Source of the DNA: an uncultured Bacilli bacterium
Lineage (GTDB): Bacteria; Bacillota_I; Bacilli_A; RF39; UBA660
NCBI GenBank assembly: GCA_934120015.1
Contig: CAKOTD010000004.1
Location: 5,338-69,337, forward strand
Reading direction: 5' to 3'
Length of the DNA: 64,000 nt
Position numbers and translations under genes: made by a program. Below, piece after piece: positions 29,261 through 39,922 of the stretch; position 1 is the first letter of the stretch, and each line of letters starts with the position of its first letter. The notes beneath the pieces are model-generated. The model made no database searches. It had not been told where the DNA came from and worked only from the letters and a program-made list of their open reading frames with translations.

Positions 29261-31819
29261 ATGAAACGTAGTGATGTAGATTTAAATAAAGTAACTCCCA
29301 TGATGAGGCAATATTTAGAAGTGAAAAATGAAAATCCAGATATTATTTTATTTTTTAGACTAGGAGATTTCTATGAAATGTTTTTTGAGGATGCAATTAA
29401 TGTTTCAAGAGAGTTAGAACTTACATTAACAGGAAAAAGTGCAGGCCTTGATGAAAAAATACCAATGTGTGGAATTCCTCATCATGCAGCTAATGTATAT
29501 ATTGAAAAATTAATTGAAAAAGGGTATAAAGTAGGTATTTGTGAACAGTTAGAAGATCCTAAAAATGCTAAAGGAATAGTTAAAAGAGATGTAATACAAA
29601 TTATATCTTCCGGAACTGTAATTAATAATGATTCTTTAATTGAATATGAAAATAACTATATAGGTAGTTTAATTGATTTTGACCATGCTTATGCACTTTG
29701 TTATGCTGATATTTCAACTGGTGAGGTTAATGTAACTTTATTTGAACATAATTTGACAAAAATAGTAAGTGAAATTGTAAGTATAGGGATTAAAGAAATT
29801 GTTACTACATCAAAAACAAATATTTCTTTGACTAGTTTGCTTTCAAAGCAATATAAAATTACAATATCTATAAATGATAATATCAGTAATGATGATTGTT
29901 ACAAATATATATATGAAGAGCTTAGTGATGTTAGATATATTGAGACAATTAAACTTTTACTTAGTTATGTTACTAATACTCAGAAAAGGACATTAACACA
30001 TTTTCAGAAAGCAAAGGTAAAAGAAAACAAAAATTATTTAAAAATGGATATACATACTAAAAGAAATTTAGAGTTGACAGAAACTCTTAGACTAAAACAA
30101 AGAAATTTTTCTCTTATATGGCTTTTAGATAAGACAAAAACAGCAATGGGTTCAAGACTTTTAAAACAATATATTGAAAGTCCAATTTTAGATAAAGATG
30201 AATTAAACAGACGATATGATATTATTGAGACTTTGTCCAAAGAATTTATTTTAAAGAGTGATCTACAAGAATGTTTAAATGAAGTTTATGATTTAGAAAG
30301 ACTAAGTGGAAGAATTGCCTTTGGTAGTGCCAATGCAAGGGATTTATTACAACTCAAGAATTCTATTAAAGTTTTACCTCAGATAAAAGAAATACTAAAG
30401 AAGATAAATTATTATAAATCTATAAATACTTTTGATAATTTATATAGTTTAATTGAAAATAGTATATATGAAAATCCTCCTATGGGATTAAAAGAAGGAT
30501 ATCTTATTAAAGAGGGATATAATGCCGAATTGGACGAACTAAAAAGTTTGAGAAAAGGTGGTAAAGATTTTGTAGCCAATTTTGAAGCTGAAGAAAAAAG
30601 AAGAACTGGTATTAAAAACTTAAAAATTGGTTATAATCGTGTTTTTGGATATTATATAGAAATATCTAAAGGAAATACTTCTATGATAAAAGATGAATAT
30701 GGCTATGAGAGAAGACAAACGCTTGCTAATTGTGAAAGATATATTAGCCCTATTTTAAAAGAAAAAGAAGCATTAATCCTTAATGCAGAAGAAAAAATTA
30801 TTGACATTGAATATAATCTATTCATAAGCGTAAGAGAAGAAATTAAAAAATATATTGCTGAACTTCAATTACTTGCAAAAACAATTAGTGAGATAGATGT
30901 GTTACAATCTTTTTCAACAGTTGCGGAAGAAAACAATTATGTAAGACCAATTTTGATTGAAAAGAAAAGTATTACTATTATCAATGATAGGCATCCTGTT
31001 ATAGAAAAGGTTATTAATGATGAGTATGTTCCAAATGATATTGTAATGGATGAAAATACTAATATTCTATTAATAACAGGTCCAAATATGGCTGGTAAAT
31101 CAACTTATATGAGACAACTTGCTATTACAATAATAATGGCTCAGATTGGCTCATTTGTTCCGGCAGATAGTGCTAAAATGCCAGTCTTCGATGCAATATT
31201 TACTAGAATTGGTGCAAGTGATGATTTGGTTAGTGGTGAATCAACCTTTATGGTTGAAATGAATGAAGCAAATAATGCTATTCAAAATGCAACAGAGAAT
31301 AGTTTATTATTGTTTGATGAATTAGGTAGGGGTACAGCTACTTTTGATGGAATGGCACTTGCTCAATCAATTATTGAGTATATTCATAACAAAATCAAAG
31401 CTAAAACTTGCTTTTCAACTCATTATCATGAATTAACAGATTTGGATAAAACACTTACCAATTTAAAAAACATACATGTTAGTGCTCATGAAGAAGATGG
31501 AAAAATAACTTTTCTTCATAAGATTGAAGAAGGCAGCATTGATAAAAGTTACGGAATCCATGTAGCTTCTCTTGCTGGACTTCCTAATGAACTTATTAAA
31601 AGAGCAAATGAAGTATTAAAGGTTTATGAATTAAAAGAGAAAAAAAGAGATATAAAAGTACAAGAGTCTCTTCCGCTCGATGAAATTATAATAAATAATA
31701 ATGATAATGAAATAATTAATGAGTTAGAAAAAATTGATATTCTTAAAACAAGCCCAATAGACGCATTAAATATATTATATGAATTAAAGAATAAAGCTGA
31801 TAGTATAAAGAATAGATAG
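29261..31819 (+). CDS. mutS: DNA mismatch repair protein MutS
   Basis: TPMMRQYLEVK, GDFYEMF, Walker A GPNMAGKSTYMRQ, DELGRGT. Confidence 0.95.
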   Translation: MKRSDVDLNKVTPMMRQYLEVKNENPDIILFFRLGDFYEMFFEDAINVSRELELTLTGKSAGLDEKIPMCGIPHHAANVYIEKLIEKGYKVGICEQLEDPKNAKGIVKRDVIQIISSGTVINNDSLIEYENNYIGSLIDFDHAYALCYADISTGEVNVTLFEHNLTKIVSEIVSIGIKEIVTTSKTNISLTSLLSKQYKITISINDNISNDDCYKYIYEELSDVRYIETIKLLLSYVTNTQKRTLTHFQKAKVKENKNYLKMDIHTKRNLELTETLRLKQRNFSLIWLLDKTKTAMGSRLLKQYIESPILDKDELNRRYDIIETLSKEFILKSDLQECLNEVYDLERLSGRIAFGSANARDLLQLKNSIKVLPQIKEILKKINYYKSINTFDNLYSLIENSIYENPPMGLKEGYLIKEGYNAELDELKSLRKGGKDFVANFEAEEKRRTGIKNLKIGYNRVFGYYIEISKGNTSMIKDEYGYERRQTLANCERYISPILKEKEALILNAEEKIIDIEYNLFISVREEIKKYIAELQLLAKTISEIDVLQSFSTVAEENNYVRPILIEKKSITIINDRHPVIEKVINDEYVPNDIVMDENTNILLITGPNMAGKSTYMRQLAITIIMAQIGSFVPADSAKMPVFDAIFTRIGASDDLVSGESTFMVEMNEANNAIQNATENSLLLFDELGRGTATFDGMALAQSIIEYIHNKIKAKTCFSTHYHELTDLDKTLTNLKNIHVSAHEEDGKITFLHKIEEGSIDKSYGIHVASLAGLPNELIKRANEVLKVYELKEKKRDIKVQESLPLDEIIINNNDNEIINELEKIDILKTSPIDALNILYELKNKADSIKNR

Positions 31820-31828
31820 GGGAAATAT

Positions 31829-32215
31829 ATGGATATTTTAAAAAAACAAAATTATTGGATTTGGATATTATTAACACTCTTTACACTTGGTAGTAGTAAT
31901 ATAGTTTTAGGCGCATTGCTTGGTGTTTTTAACAAAAAATCATGGTATGCAAAGCCTAAAAATTGGATAATAGGGTTATTATGTTTAATATTTCCATTCT
32001 TTATAATGGCAATAGTTTTTGAACTGCAAATTGTATGTCTTACAAATGCTCGATTAAATACCCCAGGAAAAGAATTATATCTTTCTCCGTATATATGGTT
32101 ACTATGTTTAATTGTACCAATTTTAGGTTGGATTATATTTCTTGTTTTAATTATTTATCTACACATATGGCCTATTGTTATGCTATATAATGGTAATGGA
32201 GAAAAATATATATGA
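31829..32215 (+). CDS. Small multi-pass membrane protein, unknown function
   Basis: 128 aa with about 4 hydrophobic helices. Its stop overlaps the next start. Confidence 0.5.
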   Translation: MDILKKQNYWIWILLTLFTLGSSNIVLGALLGVFNKKSWYAKPKNWIIGLLCLIFPFFIMAIVFELQIVCLTNARLNTPGKELYLSPYIWLLCLIVPILGWIIFLVLIIYLHIWPIVMLYNGNGEKYI

Positions 32216-33495
32216 GAAAAAGAATTAAAAAAAAACCTATCATTTTTCTTTTGATAGTGATTATTTTAATAAACTATTATTTTATAGGTAAAACTAAAAA
32301 CAAAGAAATTGTAACCAGTAATTATAAGGCAATTATTACAGAAAAAGAGGAAAGTAATCCTGAGGTTGTAAATGAGTATTTTGCAAACGGAATGAATTCT
32401 GATGATTATATTTCTACAATAGAAAAGGTTGATAATTATCTTGATATAAAAGGAAATTATAAAAATATAAATTATGAAATTGAGACAAAATATCACTATA
32501 ATAAATTAGAAGAAATATATAAACAATTAGGTTTATCAGAAATCGTTAAAATAGAAATTATTGGAAAAAGTGTTGATGGCAGAAATATATATGCTATTGA
32601 GATTGGTAATGGTGACAATGTTACTATATTTGAAGCTGGTATTCATGCTGCAGAAATTGCAAGTCCACTTTTTATAACTAAGTTTATGGTTGACGTTGTT
32701 AATCGTTATGAAAATGGTGATAAAGAAATAGCCAATTTATTAGAAAATAATAAAATTGTAGTTGTTCCGTCTGTAAATCCAGATGGCTATGAAGCAGCTT
32801 TGTTTGGTACAGAGATTTTGAATAACCAGGATTTGTATATTGCTAAAAATGCCGATAGTGAAAGTTTAAAATATATAAAAAGTAATGCAAACGGTATTGA
32901 TTTAAACCGCAATTTTCCATCACAAACAGCAGGTTTATATTATAAAAAATATGATTTACATTATTCTGTCAGCTTAAAAAAATCTACTGATATGTATAGA
33001 TATTTTCCAGGTGATACATTAGGCTCAGAACCAGAAACTAGAGCAATTATATATCTTCAGAATAAATGGAAAGAGAAATTGAAATCTTATGTAGCCCTTC
33101 ATTCAGCTGGAAGAGTTATATATAATGGCAAACCTTATTTATCAAGTGAATATAATAATAATTCAAATAATTGTGCCCAAATTGTTGGAGATATAACTGA
33201 TTATATGGTTATGAACAAATATGATGAAGAAGCTGGTGAAGGAAATGATGGAACAAGTACTGAATATATGGCAGAAACATTATCAGGATTTATTTTTAGT
33301 TCAAAAACAGGCAGATTAAGTAGTTCATCATATATGAATTATGAAAAAGAATTAAAATATAAAAATACCTGCGTTATAGTAATAGAAGCATTAGAAAATT
33401 ATACAAGCAATTTAAAAACAATAGAAGATGAATACTATAATCATAAATTAGAAGAAGCTTATTTAGCAATAATTAATAGGCAGGGATTTAATTAA
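32212..33495 (+). CDS. M14-family zinc carboxypeptidase (gamma-D-glutamyl-meso-DAP peptidase-like)
   Basis: HAAE zinc motif, NPDGYE, GIDLNRNFP, ALHSAG third ligand. N-terminal anchor. Confidence 0.8.
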   Translation: MRKRIKKKPIIFLLIVIILINYYFIGKTKNKEIVTSNYKAIITEKEESNPEVVNEYFANGMNSDDYISTIEKVDNYLDIKGNYKNINYEIETKYHYNKLEEIYKQLGLSEIVKIEIIGKSVDGRNIYAIEIGNGDNVTIFEAGIHAAEIASPLFITKFMVDVVNRYENGDKEIANLLENNKIVVVPSVNPDGYEAALFGTEILNNQDLYIAKNADSESLKYIKSNANGIDLNRNFPSQTAGLYYKKYDLHYSVSLKKSTDMYRYFPGDTLGSEPETRAIIYLQNKWKEKLKSYVALHSAGRVIYNGKPYLSSEYNNNSNNCAQIVGDITDYMVMNKYDEEAGEGNDGTSTEYMAETLSGFIFSSKTGRLSSSSYMNYEKELKYKNTCVIVIEALENYTSNLKTIEDEYYNHKLEEAYLAIINRQGFN

Positions 33496-33583
33496 ACAAT
33501 GAAGGAAAATAAATTTTATCCTTTATTTTATTGACTTTTTATGTTATATATACTAATATAATATATAAGTTTGGGGGATATTT

Positions 33584-33988
33584 ATGAAAAAGGATAATAA
33601 AAAATTAAAAATTGTTATTAATGGTAATGAAAAAAATAAGAGTGAAATAGTATATAATAATTTACTTAATAATATGGATAGTGCTGACTTATCTAAAGAT
33701 AAACAAATTGAATATTTAAAATCTAGGATAAATTTTCTAGAAACTAATATTAAATCAAAAGTCTTACTATTCTTAATTATTATAATCAATTTTACATTAT
33801 TATGTTTTGGAATGTTTTTGATATGTATAAATTATAAATTATTAGGTATTATTATTAATATAATAAGTTTTACTTCAGTTATTATATCACTTACAAAATT
33901 TTATAAGCAATATGGAGACTTTGATATTCATAATGATTTTGGTGAAATTGATAGTTTAAGGAAAATATTAAATTCTAAATTGAAATGA
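33584..33988 (+). CDS. Hypothetical membrane protein
   Basis: 134 aa: charged N-terminus, two TM helices, GGGGGA-type RBS. Confidence 0.45.
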   Translation: MKKDNKKLKIVINGNEKNKSEIVYNNLLNNMDSADLSKDKQIEYLKSRINFLETNIKSKVLLFLIIIINFTLLCFGMFLICINYKLLGIIINIISFTSVIISLTKFYKQYGDFDIHNDFGEIDSLRKILNSKLK

Positions 33989-34055
33989 TTATTCATTTCT
34001 TTTTGTTTGAATTTTTTATTTTCTGTGGTAAAATATAAAATAGGAGTTGGAATTT

Positions 34056-34475
34056 ATGGAACAAAGAACAAGAAGTGAACTAAGAGTACAGATAATGAAT
34101 ATTTTATATCAAGTATCCATTTATAAAATAAGAAACATATCTTATAATTTAGATAATGTTATTAAAGAAAATGTAGAAATTGATAGTGAATTTGTTAAAG
34201 ATATAGTATATGGGGTTGTTACACATGAAGATGAAATTGTTGATACTGCAAATAGTGTCCTAAATAATTGGACTCTTGATCGTTTAGGATATACAGACCA
34301 GGCAATATTAAGGATAGCAATTTATGAAATATTATATACTGATACTCCAAAAATCGTTTGTATAAACGAAGCTGTTGAACTTGCTAAAACGTATAGTGAT
34401 GATGATGTTAGAAAAATGATTAATGCTGCGCTTGATAAATTATTACACAATTTAGAAGATAATGAATCAAAATAA
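34056..34475 (+). CDS. nusB: Transcription antitermination factor NusB
   Basis: RSELRVQIMNILYQ...DRLGYTDQAILRIAIYEILY...INEAVELAK pattern. Confidence 0.88.
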   Translation: MEQRTRSELRVQIMNILYQVSIYKIRNISYNLDNVIKENVEIDSEFVKDIVYGVVTHEDEIVDTANSVLNNWTLDRLGYTDQAILRIAIYEILYTDTPKIVCINEAVELAKTYSDDDVRKMINAALDKLLHNLEDNESK

Positions 34476-35733
34476 ATATCTTACCATTGGAGCATTAACA
34501 AAATATTTAAAATTTCAGTTTGATAATGATCATAATCTGCAAACTGTTTTTTTAAAGGGTGAAATTTCTAATTTTAAGTCACATACTACAGGCCATTTAT
34601 ATTTTTCTATCAAGGATGAAGTAAGTAAAATTAATGCTATTATGTTTAGTGCAAATGCAAAAAAAATTAATTTTAACCCAATGGATGGTTCAAAAGTTTT
34701 AGTAGTTGGAAGAGTTACAATATATGAAGCAACAGGTAGTTATCAAATTTATGTTGATGAGATGATTGAGGATGGTATAGGTAATTTATATATTGCTTTT
34801 GAAAAATTAAAAGAAAAACTTTCTAAAGAAGGGTTATTTGATCAAAAGTATAAAAAAGAAATACCAAAATTCCCTCAAAAAGTAGGAATTATTACAGCTT
34901 CTACTGGTGCAGCCATTAGAGATATTTTAACTACTATAAAAAGAAGATATCCGATATGTGAAACTTATTTATTTCCTAGTTTAGTGCAAGGTGATAATGC
35001 TAAGGATGACATTGTTAGAAATATAAAGAAAGCTCAAGACTTTGATCTAGATGTTCTAATTGTTGGTCGTGGTGGTGGCTCTATTGAGGATTTATGGCCA
35101 TTTAACGAAGAAATAGTAGCACGTGCCATCTTTGCATCTACTATACCTGTAATTAGTGCAGTAGGTCATGAGGTTGACTTTACTATTGCTGATTTTGTTT
35201 CTGATTTAAGAGCACCAACACCAACAGCTGCAGCTGAACTTGCAGTTCCAAACATTGTTGATATATACAACAATTTAAATCAGTATAAAATTAGGATTAA
35301 TGAAAATATTAATAAAAAGATAAATTTTTATAATTTATATTTGGACAGTTTAAAAAATTCATTTGTAGTTAAAAATCCGCTATTAATATATGAGCAAAAA
35401 TTTCAAAAACTAGATTTGTTATATGAAAAAATAAATAAAGAAATAAAATTAAAAATTGAAAAAAATGAAAATAATTTAAATATTATTAAAAATAATACTT
35501 TTCTTATTAATCCTAATAGATTATTTGAAAAACAATTTAATAATTTAATGTTATTAAGTAATAAATTAGAAATTCTAAATCCACTTAGTACATTAAATAG
35601 AGGTTATAGTGTGACATATATTAATGATAATGTACTAAGTGATATAAAAAATATTAATATAAATGATTGTATAAAAATTAAAATCAAAAATGGAAAAATA
35701 GAAGCTAAAGTAACAAATATTGTGGAGGAATAA
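34462..35733 (+). CDS. xseA: Exodeoxyribonuclease VII large subunit
   Basis: GEISNFKSHTTGHLYFSIKD OB-fold N-terminus, VGRGGGSIEDLWPFNEE, coiled C-terminus. Confidence 0.92.
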   Translation: MNQNKYLTIGALTKYLKFQFDNDHNLQTVFLKGEISNFKSHTTGHLYFSIKDEVSKINAIMFSANAKKINFNPMDGSKVLVVGRVTIYEATGSYQIYVDEMIEDGIGNLYIAFEKLKEKLSKEGLFDQKYKKEIPKFPQKVGIITASTGAAIRDILTTIKRRYPICETYLFPSLVQGDNAKDDIVRNIKKAQDFDLDVLIVGRGGGSIEDLWPFNEEIVARAIFASTIPVISAVGHEVDFTIADFVSDLRAPTPTAAAELAVPNIVDIYNNLNQYKIRINENINKKINFYNLYLDSLKNSFVVKNPLLIYEQKFQKLDLLYEKINKEIKLKIEKNENNLNIIKNNTFLINPNRLFEKQFNNLMLLSNKLEILNPLSTLNRGYSVTYINDNVLSDIKNININDCIKIKIKNGKIEAKVTNIVEE

Positions 35734-35952
35734 ATGAAATTTGAAGATAAAATAAAAGAGTTAGAAGAAATAATTAATAAATTAGAAAATGGAGATGCAT
35801 CATTAGATGAATCCTTTGATTTATATTCTAAGGCTATGAAACTTATAAAAGATTGTGATAAACAATTAAATAAGGTAAAAGAAAATGTTAATAAGATTGT
35901 GACAGAAAATAACGAATTAAAAGATTTTAATGTATATGATGATACCAAATAA
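35734..35952 (+). CDS. xseB: Exodeoxyribonuclease VII small subunit
   Basis: 72 aa, LEEIINKLENGDASLDESFDLYSKAMKL. Start abuts the xseA stop. Confidence 0.9.
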   Translation: MKFEDKIKELEEIINKLENGDASLDESFDLYSKAMKLIKDCDKQLNKVKENVNKIVTENNELKDFNVYDDTK

Positions 35953-36037
35953 TGTCTTTTTGACATTATTTTTGTTTCATAAAAAAACTTTACTAATTCA
36001 TAATAATAATGTAGCTTATAGAAAAGGAGATGAAGCA

Positions 36038-37021
36038 ATGTTTTTAAAAAAATTTAAAAACAGTTTACTAGCTATTCTTCTTACATTTATTATTATGCCA
36101 TTTAATGTGTTTGCTTATTCAGATTACATAATTGCAGGTGGAAATAATATTGGCATGGAGTTAAATGCAAAAGGCATAATAATTGTTGGACAATATAAGG
36201 TTAATTCTTCGAGCCCAGGGTCTGATTCTGGATTAAAAGTAGGAGATATTATTACAAGTATAAATGATATTACAGTATCAAATATTAATGAAATGGTTAC
36301 CGAAATTGACAAGGCAATTAATAAAAATTCCATAAAAATAGGATTCATACGAAATAATAAAGAAAATACAACCTCCCTTAAACTTAGTATGGACGAAAAT
36401 GGAATTTATAAAACAGGTCTTTATGTAAAAGATAGTATTACTGGTGTTGGCACTTTAACTTTTATAGATCCAGAAACTAAAATATTTGGTGCGCTAGGAC
36501 ATGAAATACTTGAAAAATCAACAGGAAAAATACTTGAAATAAAAGATGGAAAAATATTTGATACAGCTGTTACGGGGATAATCCCAAGCAAAAACGGTGA
36601 TCCAGGTGAAAAACAAGCTACATTTTATAATAATCAGATAATGGGAAAAATAAGTGAAAATACTAATAAAGGTGTTTTTGGTATATACAGTGATGATGTT
36701 TCAAATGAAAAATTATACAAAGTTGCTAAACCAGAATTAGGCCAGGCACAATTACTAACAGTTTTAAACGGTCAAGAAATAAATGGTTATGATATTAATA
36801 TAATTAAAATTAATGATAAAGGTAAAACCAAAAATATTTTGTTTGAAATAACAGATGAAGAATTAATAAATAAAACTGGTGGAATCATTCAAGGCATGAG
36901 TGGAAGTCCAATTATTCAAAATAATTCTATTGTAGGTGCTGTTACACACGTTATAGTTGACAGTCCAAATCGCGGCTACGGTATTTTTATAACTAACATG
37001 TTAGAAGAAGCTGAAAACTAG
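36038..37021 (+). CDS. spoIVB: SpoIVB peptidase (S55)
   Basis: PDZ (GLKVGDIITSIND), GTLTFIDPETKIFGALGH, catalytic GMSGSPIIQNNSIVGAVTHV. ATG at 36038 follows a GGAGA RBS. Confidence 0.9.
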   Translation: MFLKKFKNSLLAILLTFIIMPFNVFAYSDYIIAGGNNIGMELNAKGIIIVGQYKVNSSSPGSDSGLKVGDIITSINDITVSNINEMVTEIDKAINKNSIKIGFIRNNKENTTSLKLSMDENGIYKTGLYVKDSITGVGTLTFIDPETKIFGALGHEILEKSTGKILEIKDGKIFDTAVTGIIPSKNGDPGEKQATFYNNQIMGKISENTNKGVFGIYSDDVSNEKLYKVAKPELGQAQLLTVLNGQEINGYDINIIKINDKGKTKNILFEITDEELINKTGGIIQGMSGSPIIQNNSIVGAVTHVIVDSPNRGYGIFITNMLEEAEN

Positions 37022-37124
37022 GAAGTGAATCTTCCTTTTTATTATGAAAAAAATTTATCAAATTATTTGCTTTTAATTAAATATTGTGTTAATATATAAC
37101 CCGAATTATTAGAGGTGATAGGTG

Positions 37125-37949
37125 ATGAATGATTCTAAATTTTTACTAACTAGAAAACAATTAATTAAAAAGCAAAAAGTATTATTAAGTTTACAAAAAG
37201 ATATCAAAAGAATCAAATATCAAATAAACCATCCTAACTTATGGAATGCAAAAACAAAAACTATTAAAAATTTAAAAATATTTTCTAAGGTGTGTATTTT
37301 AGTAACACCATATATCTTAACAGCAGGAATTACTATAAATGCAGGAAATAATATTATGAAAGAGTTTGAACAAAAATATGTAAACAAACAAGATATTAAT
37401 AGTGATTTTTATGACAATATATATAAAAGTAATAATATTAATGATATGCTTATATATTGCAATAAATGGCAAAAAAGTAATAATGGATATGAGCGGATTT
37501 TGAAAATATATGATAATAAAAATATTGATGAGACTGTTAAACAAATATTAATTGAGAATAATGAGTTAAATTGTGAGGATATTATTGGTAATCCTGTTTC
37601 ATATGAAAAAGAGTATAAATTAGAAGTTTCAATTGAAGAACTAAATTCAAGTATACAATTACTTAGAGTGTATTATTCTGATTTAAATAATAATATAAAT
37701 ATTATTAATGAGACAAGTAAATCATATGAGATAAATCAAAATTCCTATATATTTCTTAAAAATATTGTGACTATAATTTTAACTTTTTGCACAGAATCTT
37801 TAGTTGCTTTAATAAAAACAAAATTAACTAATTCTGATATAATTAGTATTATCAATAAAACTAAAAACGAATACCCAGAAATTAGTATATCTGAATTAAA
37901 AAAAACGCTTAAAATAAAAGAACAAAATTACAATAGATTAATGAGGTAG
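37125..37949 (+). CDS. Hypothetical two-TM membrane protein
   Basis: Basic N-terminus, TM near residue 55 and TM near residue 205. No recognisable motif. 5-nt gap to the next gene. Confidence 0.5.
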   Translation: MNDSKFLLTRKQLIKKQKVLLSLQKDIKRIKYQINHPNLWNAKTKTIKNLKIFSKVCILVTPYILTAGITINAGNNIMKEFEQKYVNKQDINSDFYDNIYKSNNINDMLIYCNKWQKSNNGYERILKIYDNKNIDETVKQILIENNELNCEDIIGNPVSYEKEYKLEVSIEELNSSIQLLRVYYSDLNNNINIINETSKSYEINQNSYIFLKNIVTIILTFCTESLVALIKTKLTNSDIISIINKTKNEYPEISISELKKTLKIKEQNYNRLMR

Positions 37950-37954
37950 TAATT

Positions 37955-38986
37955 ATGTATTATAAAAATAACTTTTTAGAGGATATAATATCAACTAATC
38001 AAATATTTTATTATTTAAATCCTAATGATAATGATATGTTATCAGAATTAAATGGAAACGATTTACAAGATTTGTTTATCTTAATTGATGATTATTCTTT
38101 GTCATTAAGAAAAAATCTTGGATTCAAAAATGGTATTACTTTTGGTTTTGAAATTGAGGTTGAAAATGTTAAAAATTTTAAACATATGTCATCATTAATT
38201 CACAATAATTTGGTAAACTGGAAAATATCAGATGATATCTCCCTTAATAATGGAAAAGAAATTATTTCACCAATTTTAAATGATAAAGAAATATATTGGA
38301 ATAAACTTAAAAGAGCTTGTGACATTATAAAAAAATATGCAAATATTGATACAAATAGTGGAGGACATATTCATATTGGAACACAGGTTTTAGGTAACAA
38401 CAAAGATTCATGGATTAACTTTATTAAACTATGGGCAACATATGAAAACATAATATATAGATTTTCATATGGAAATAGTTATGAACCTAGAAGTAGAATT
38501 GAAAATTATGCCTCTCCATTAAAAACAATTTTATTAAATGATTATAAAGAAATAGTTAATTCTAACTATTCACTTGAACAAATTTTAAAAAAAATTAGTC
38601 ATAAAAGAAGTCAAGCCGTAAACTTTGAATGTGTTAAAGATTGTAATCATATATTAGATAAAAACACAATTGAATTTCGATGTCCAAACGGTTCAATTGA
38701 CCCTATAATTTGGCAAAATAATACTAGTTTATTTGTAAATACGTTATTATACTCAAAAAATAGTGGTTTTAATAATGATATAATTGAAGCAAGGAATAAA
38801 GCACTGGATGATGAATATAATGATTTAAAGTATTATGGAAAAATTTATATTGATCAAGCTCTGGAATTTGCTGATATGATATTTTCTAATAATTTGGATA
38901 AAATATACTTTTTGAAACAATATTTGAAGTCATATAATAATATAAGTAATAAATCAAAATATAATAAATCTTTAGTAAAAAAATAA
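37955..38986 (+). CDS. Amidoligase-like protein (glutamine-synthetase-like Amidoligase_2 fold, tentative)
   Basis: Ordered motifs ITFGFEIEVE ... GKEIISPIL ... SGGHIHIG ... RSQAVNF ... NTIEFRCPNGS match my recollection of the Amidoligase_2 pattern (ExE, E..SP, GxHxH, EFR). Confidence 0.55.
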   Translation: MYYKNNFLEDIISTNQIFYYLNPNDNDMLSELNGNDLQDLFILIDDYSLSLRKNLGFKNGITFGFEIEVENVKNFKHMSSLIHNNLVNWKISDDISLNNGKEIISPILNDKEIYWNKLKRACDIIKKYANIDTNSGGHIHIGTQVLGNNKDSWINFIKLWATYENIIYRFSYGNSYEPRSRIENYASPLKTILLNDYKEIVNSNYSLEQILKKISHKRSQAVNFECVKDCNHILDKNTIEFRCPNGSIDPIIWQNNTSLFVNTLLYSKNSGFNNDIIEARNKALDDEYNDLKYYGKIYIDQALEFADMIFSNNLDKIYFLKQYLKSYNNISNKSKYNKSLVKK

Positions 38987-39051
38987 TTAAAATTTCTGAT
39001 AAATTCAGAAGTTTTTTGTTTTTATATGATAAAATATATATGGTGGGAATT

Positions 39052-39861
39052 ATGAAGTTTAAAAAGATATATATAGAAATAACCAATATGTGCAATTTAA
39101 ATTGTTCTTTTTGCTTAAAAAAAGCAAGAAGAAATAGGTTTTTAAAATTCGAAGAATTTAAATTAATACTCAAAAAAATTAAACCATATACTTCATATTT
39201 GTATTTTCACATTTTGGGTGAACCATTATTACATCCCTTAATTAATGATTTTATTGATTATGCAACCGATATGGGCTTCTTTGTTAATATTACAACAAAT
39301 GGATATTTAATTGATAGAATTAAGAAGAATAAAAATATTAGACAGATTAATATATCTTTGCATAGTTATGATGAAAAATATTGTGTTAATCTAAAAGATT
39401 ATTTAAATGGTATATTTAATATATCTAACAAACTTAGCAATAATACTTATATATCATATAGACTTTGGACAAATAATAAATATAATAAAAAAATTATTGC
39501 ACTAATAAATAATCATTATAATTTAAATATAGATGATAGTTTTACTAATATCAAATTAGCTAAGAATATATATATTAATCAACAGAAAGAATTTATTTGG
39601 CCATCAAAAGATGGTAGTATTAATGATTTAAATGGGAAATGCTATGGATTAATTGATCACATTGGTATTCTTTCTGATGGAACTATAGTACCATGTTGCC
39701 TGGATGGAAATGGAATTATAAATCTAGGAAATATTTTTTTTGATAATCTTGAAGATATATTAACCAGTAAAAGAGTTAAAAAAATTATTGATGGATTTAA
39801 AGAAAACAAAAAAATTGAAGAATTATGTCAAAAATGTAACTTTAATAGTCGATTGAATTAA
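39052..39861 (+). CDS. Radical SAM / SPASM-domain protein
   Basis: ITNMCNLNCSFC (CX3CX2C) near the N-terminus. C-terminal Cys cluster CYGL...GTIVPCCLDG...CQKCNF typical of SPASM or twitch auxiliary clusters. Confidence 0.75.
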   Translation: MKFKKIYIEITNMCNLNCSFCLKKARRNRFLKFEEFKLILKKIKPYTSYLYFHILGEPLLHPLINDFIDYATDMGFFVNITTNGYLIDRIKKNKNIRQINISLHSYDEKYCVNLKDYLNGIFNISNKLSNNTYISYRLWTNNKYNKKIIALINNHYNLNIDDSFTNIKLAKNIYINQQKEFIWPSKDGSINDLNGKCYGLIDHIGILSDGTIVPCCLDGNGIINLGNIFFDNLEDILTSKRVKKIIDGFKENKKIEELCQKCNFNSRLN

Positions 39862-39922
39862 ATTCTATAATCACATCTATATAAATATAATTTACTAAAA
39901 TATTATTGTTATGGAGGAAAAA

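Noticed and set aside
18169-33495. Missing syntenic partners: no def between priA and fmt, and no mutL after mutS.
   Set aside because: Gene order varies among Firmicutes, and the partners may be elsewhere in the genome. Absence from a 64-kb window is not evidence of loss.
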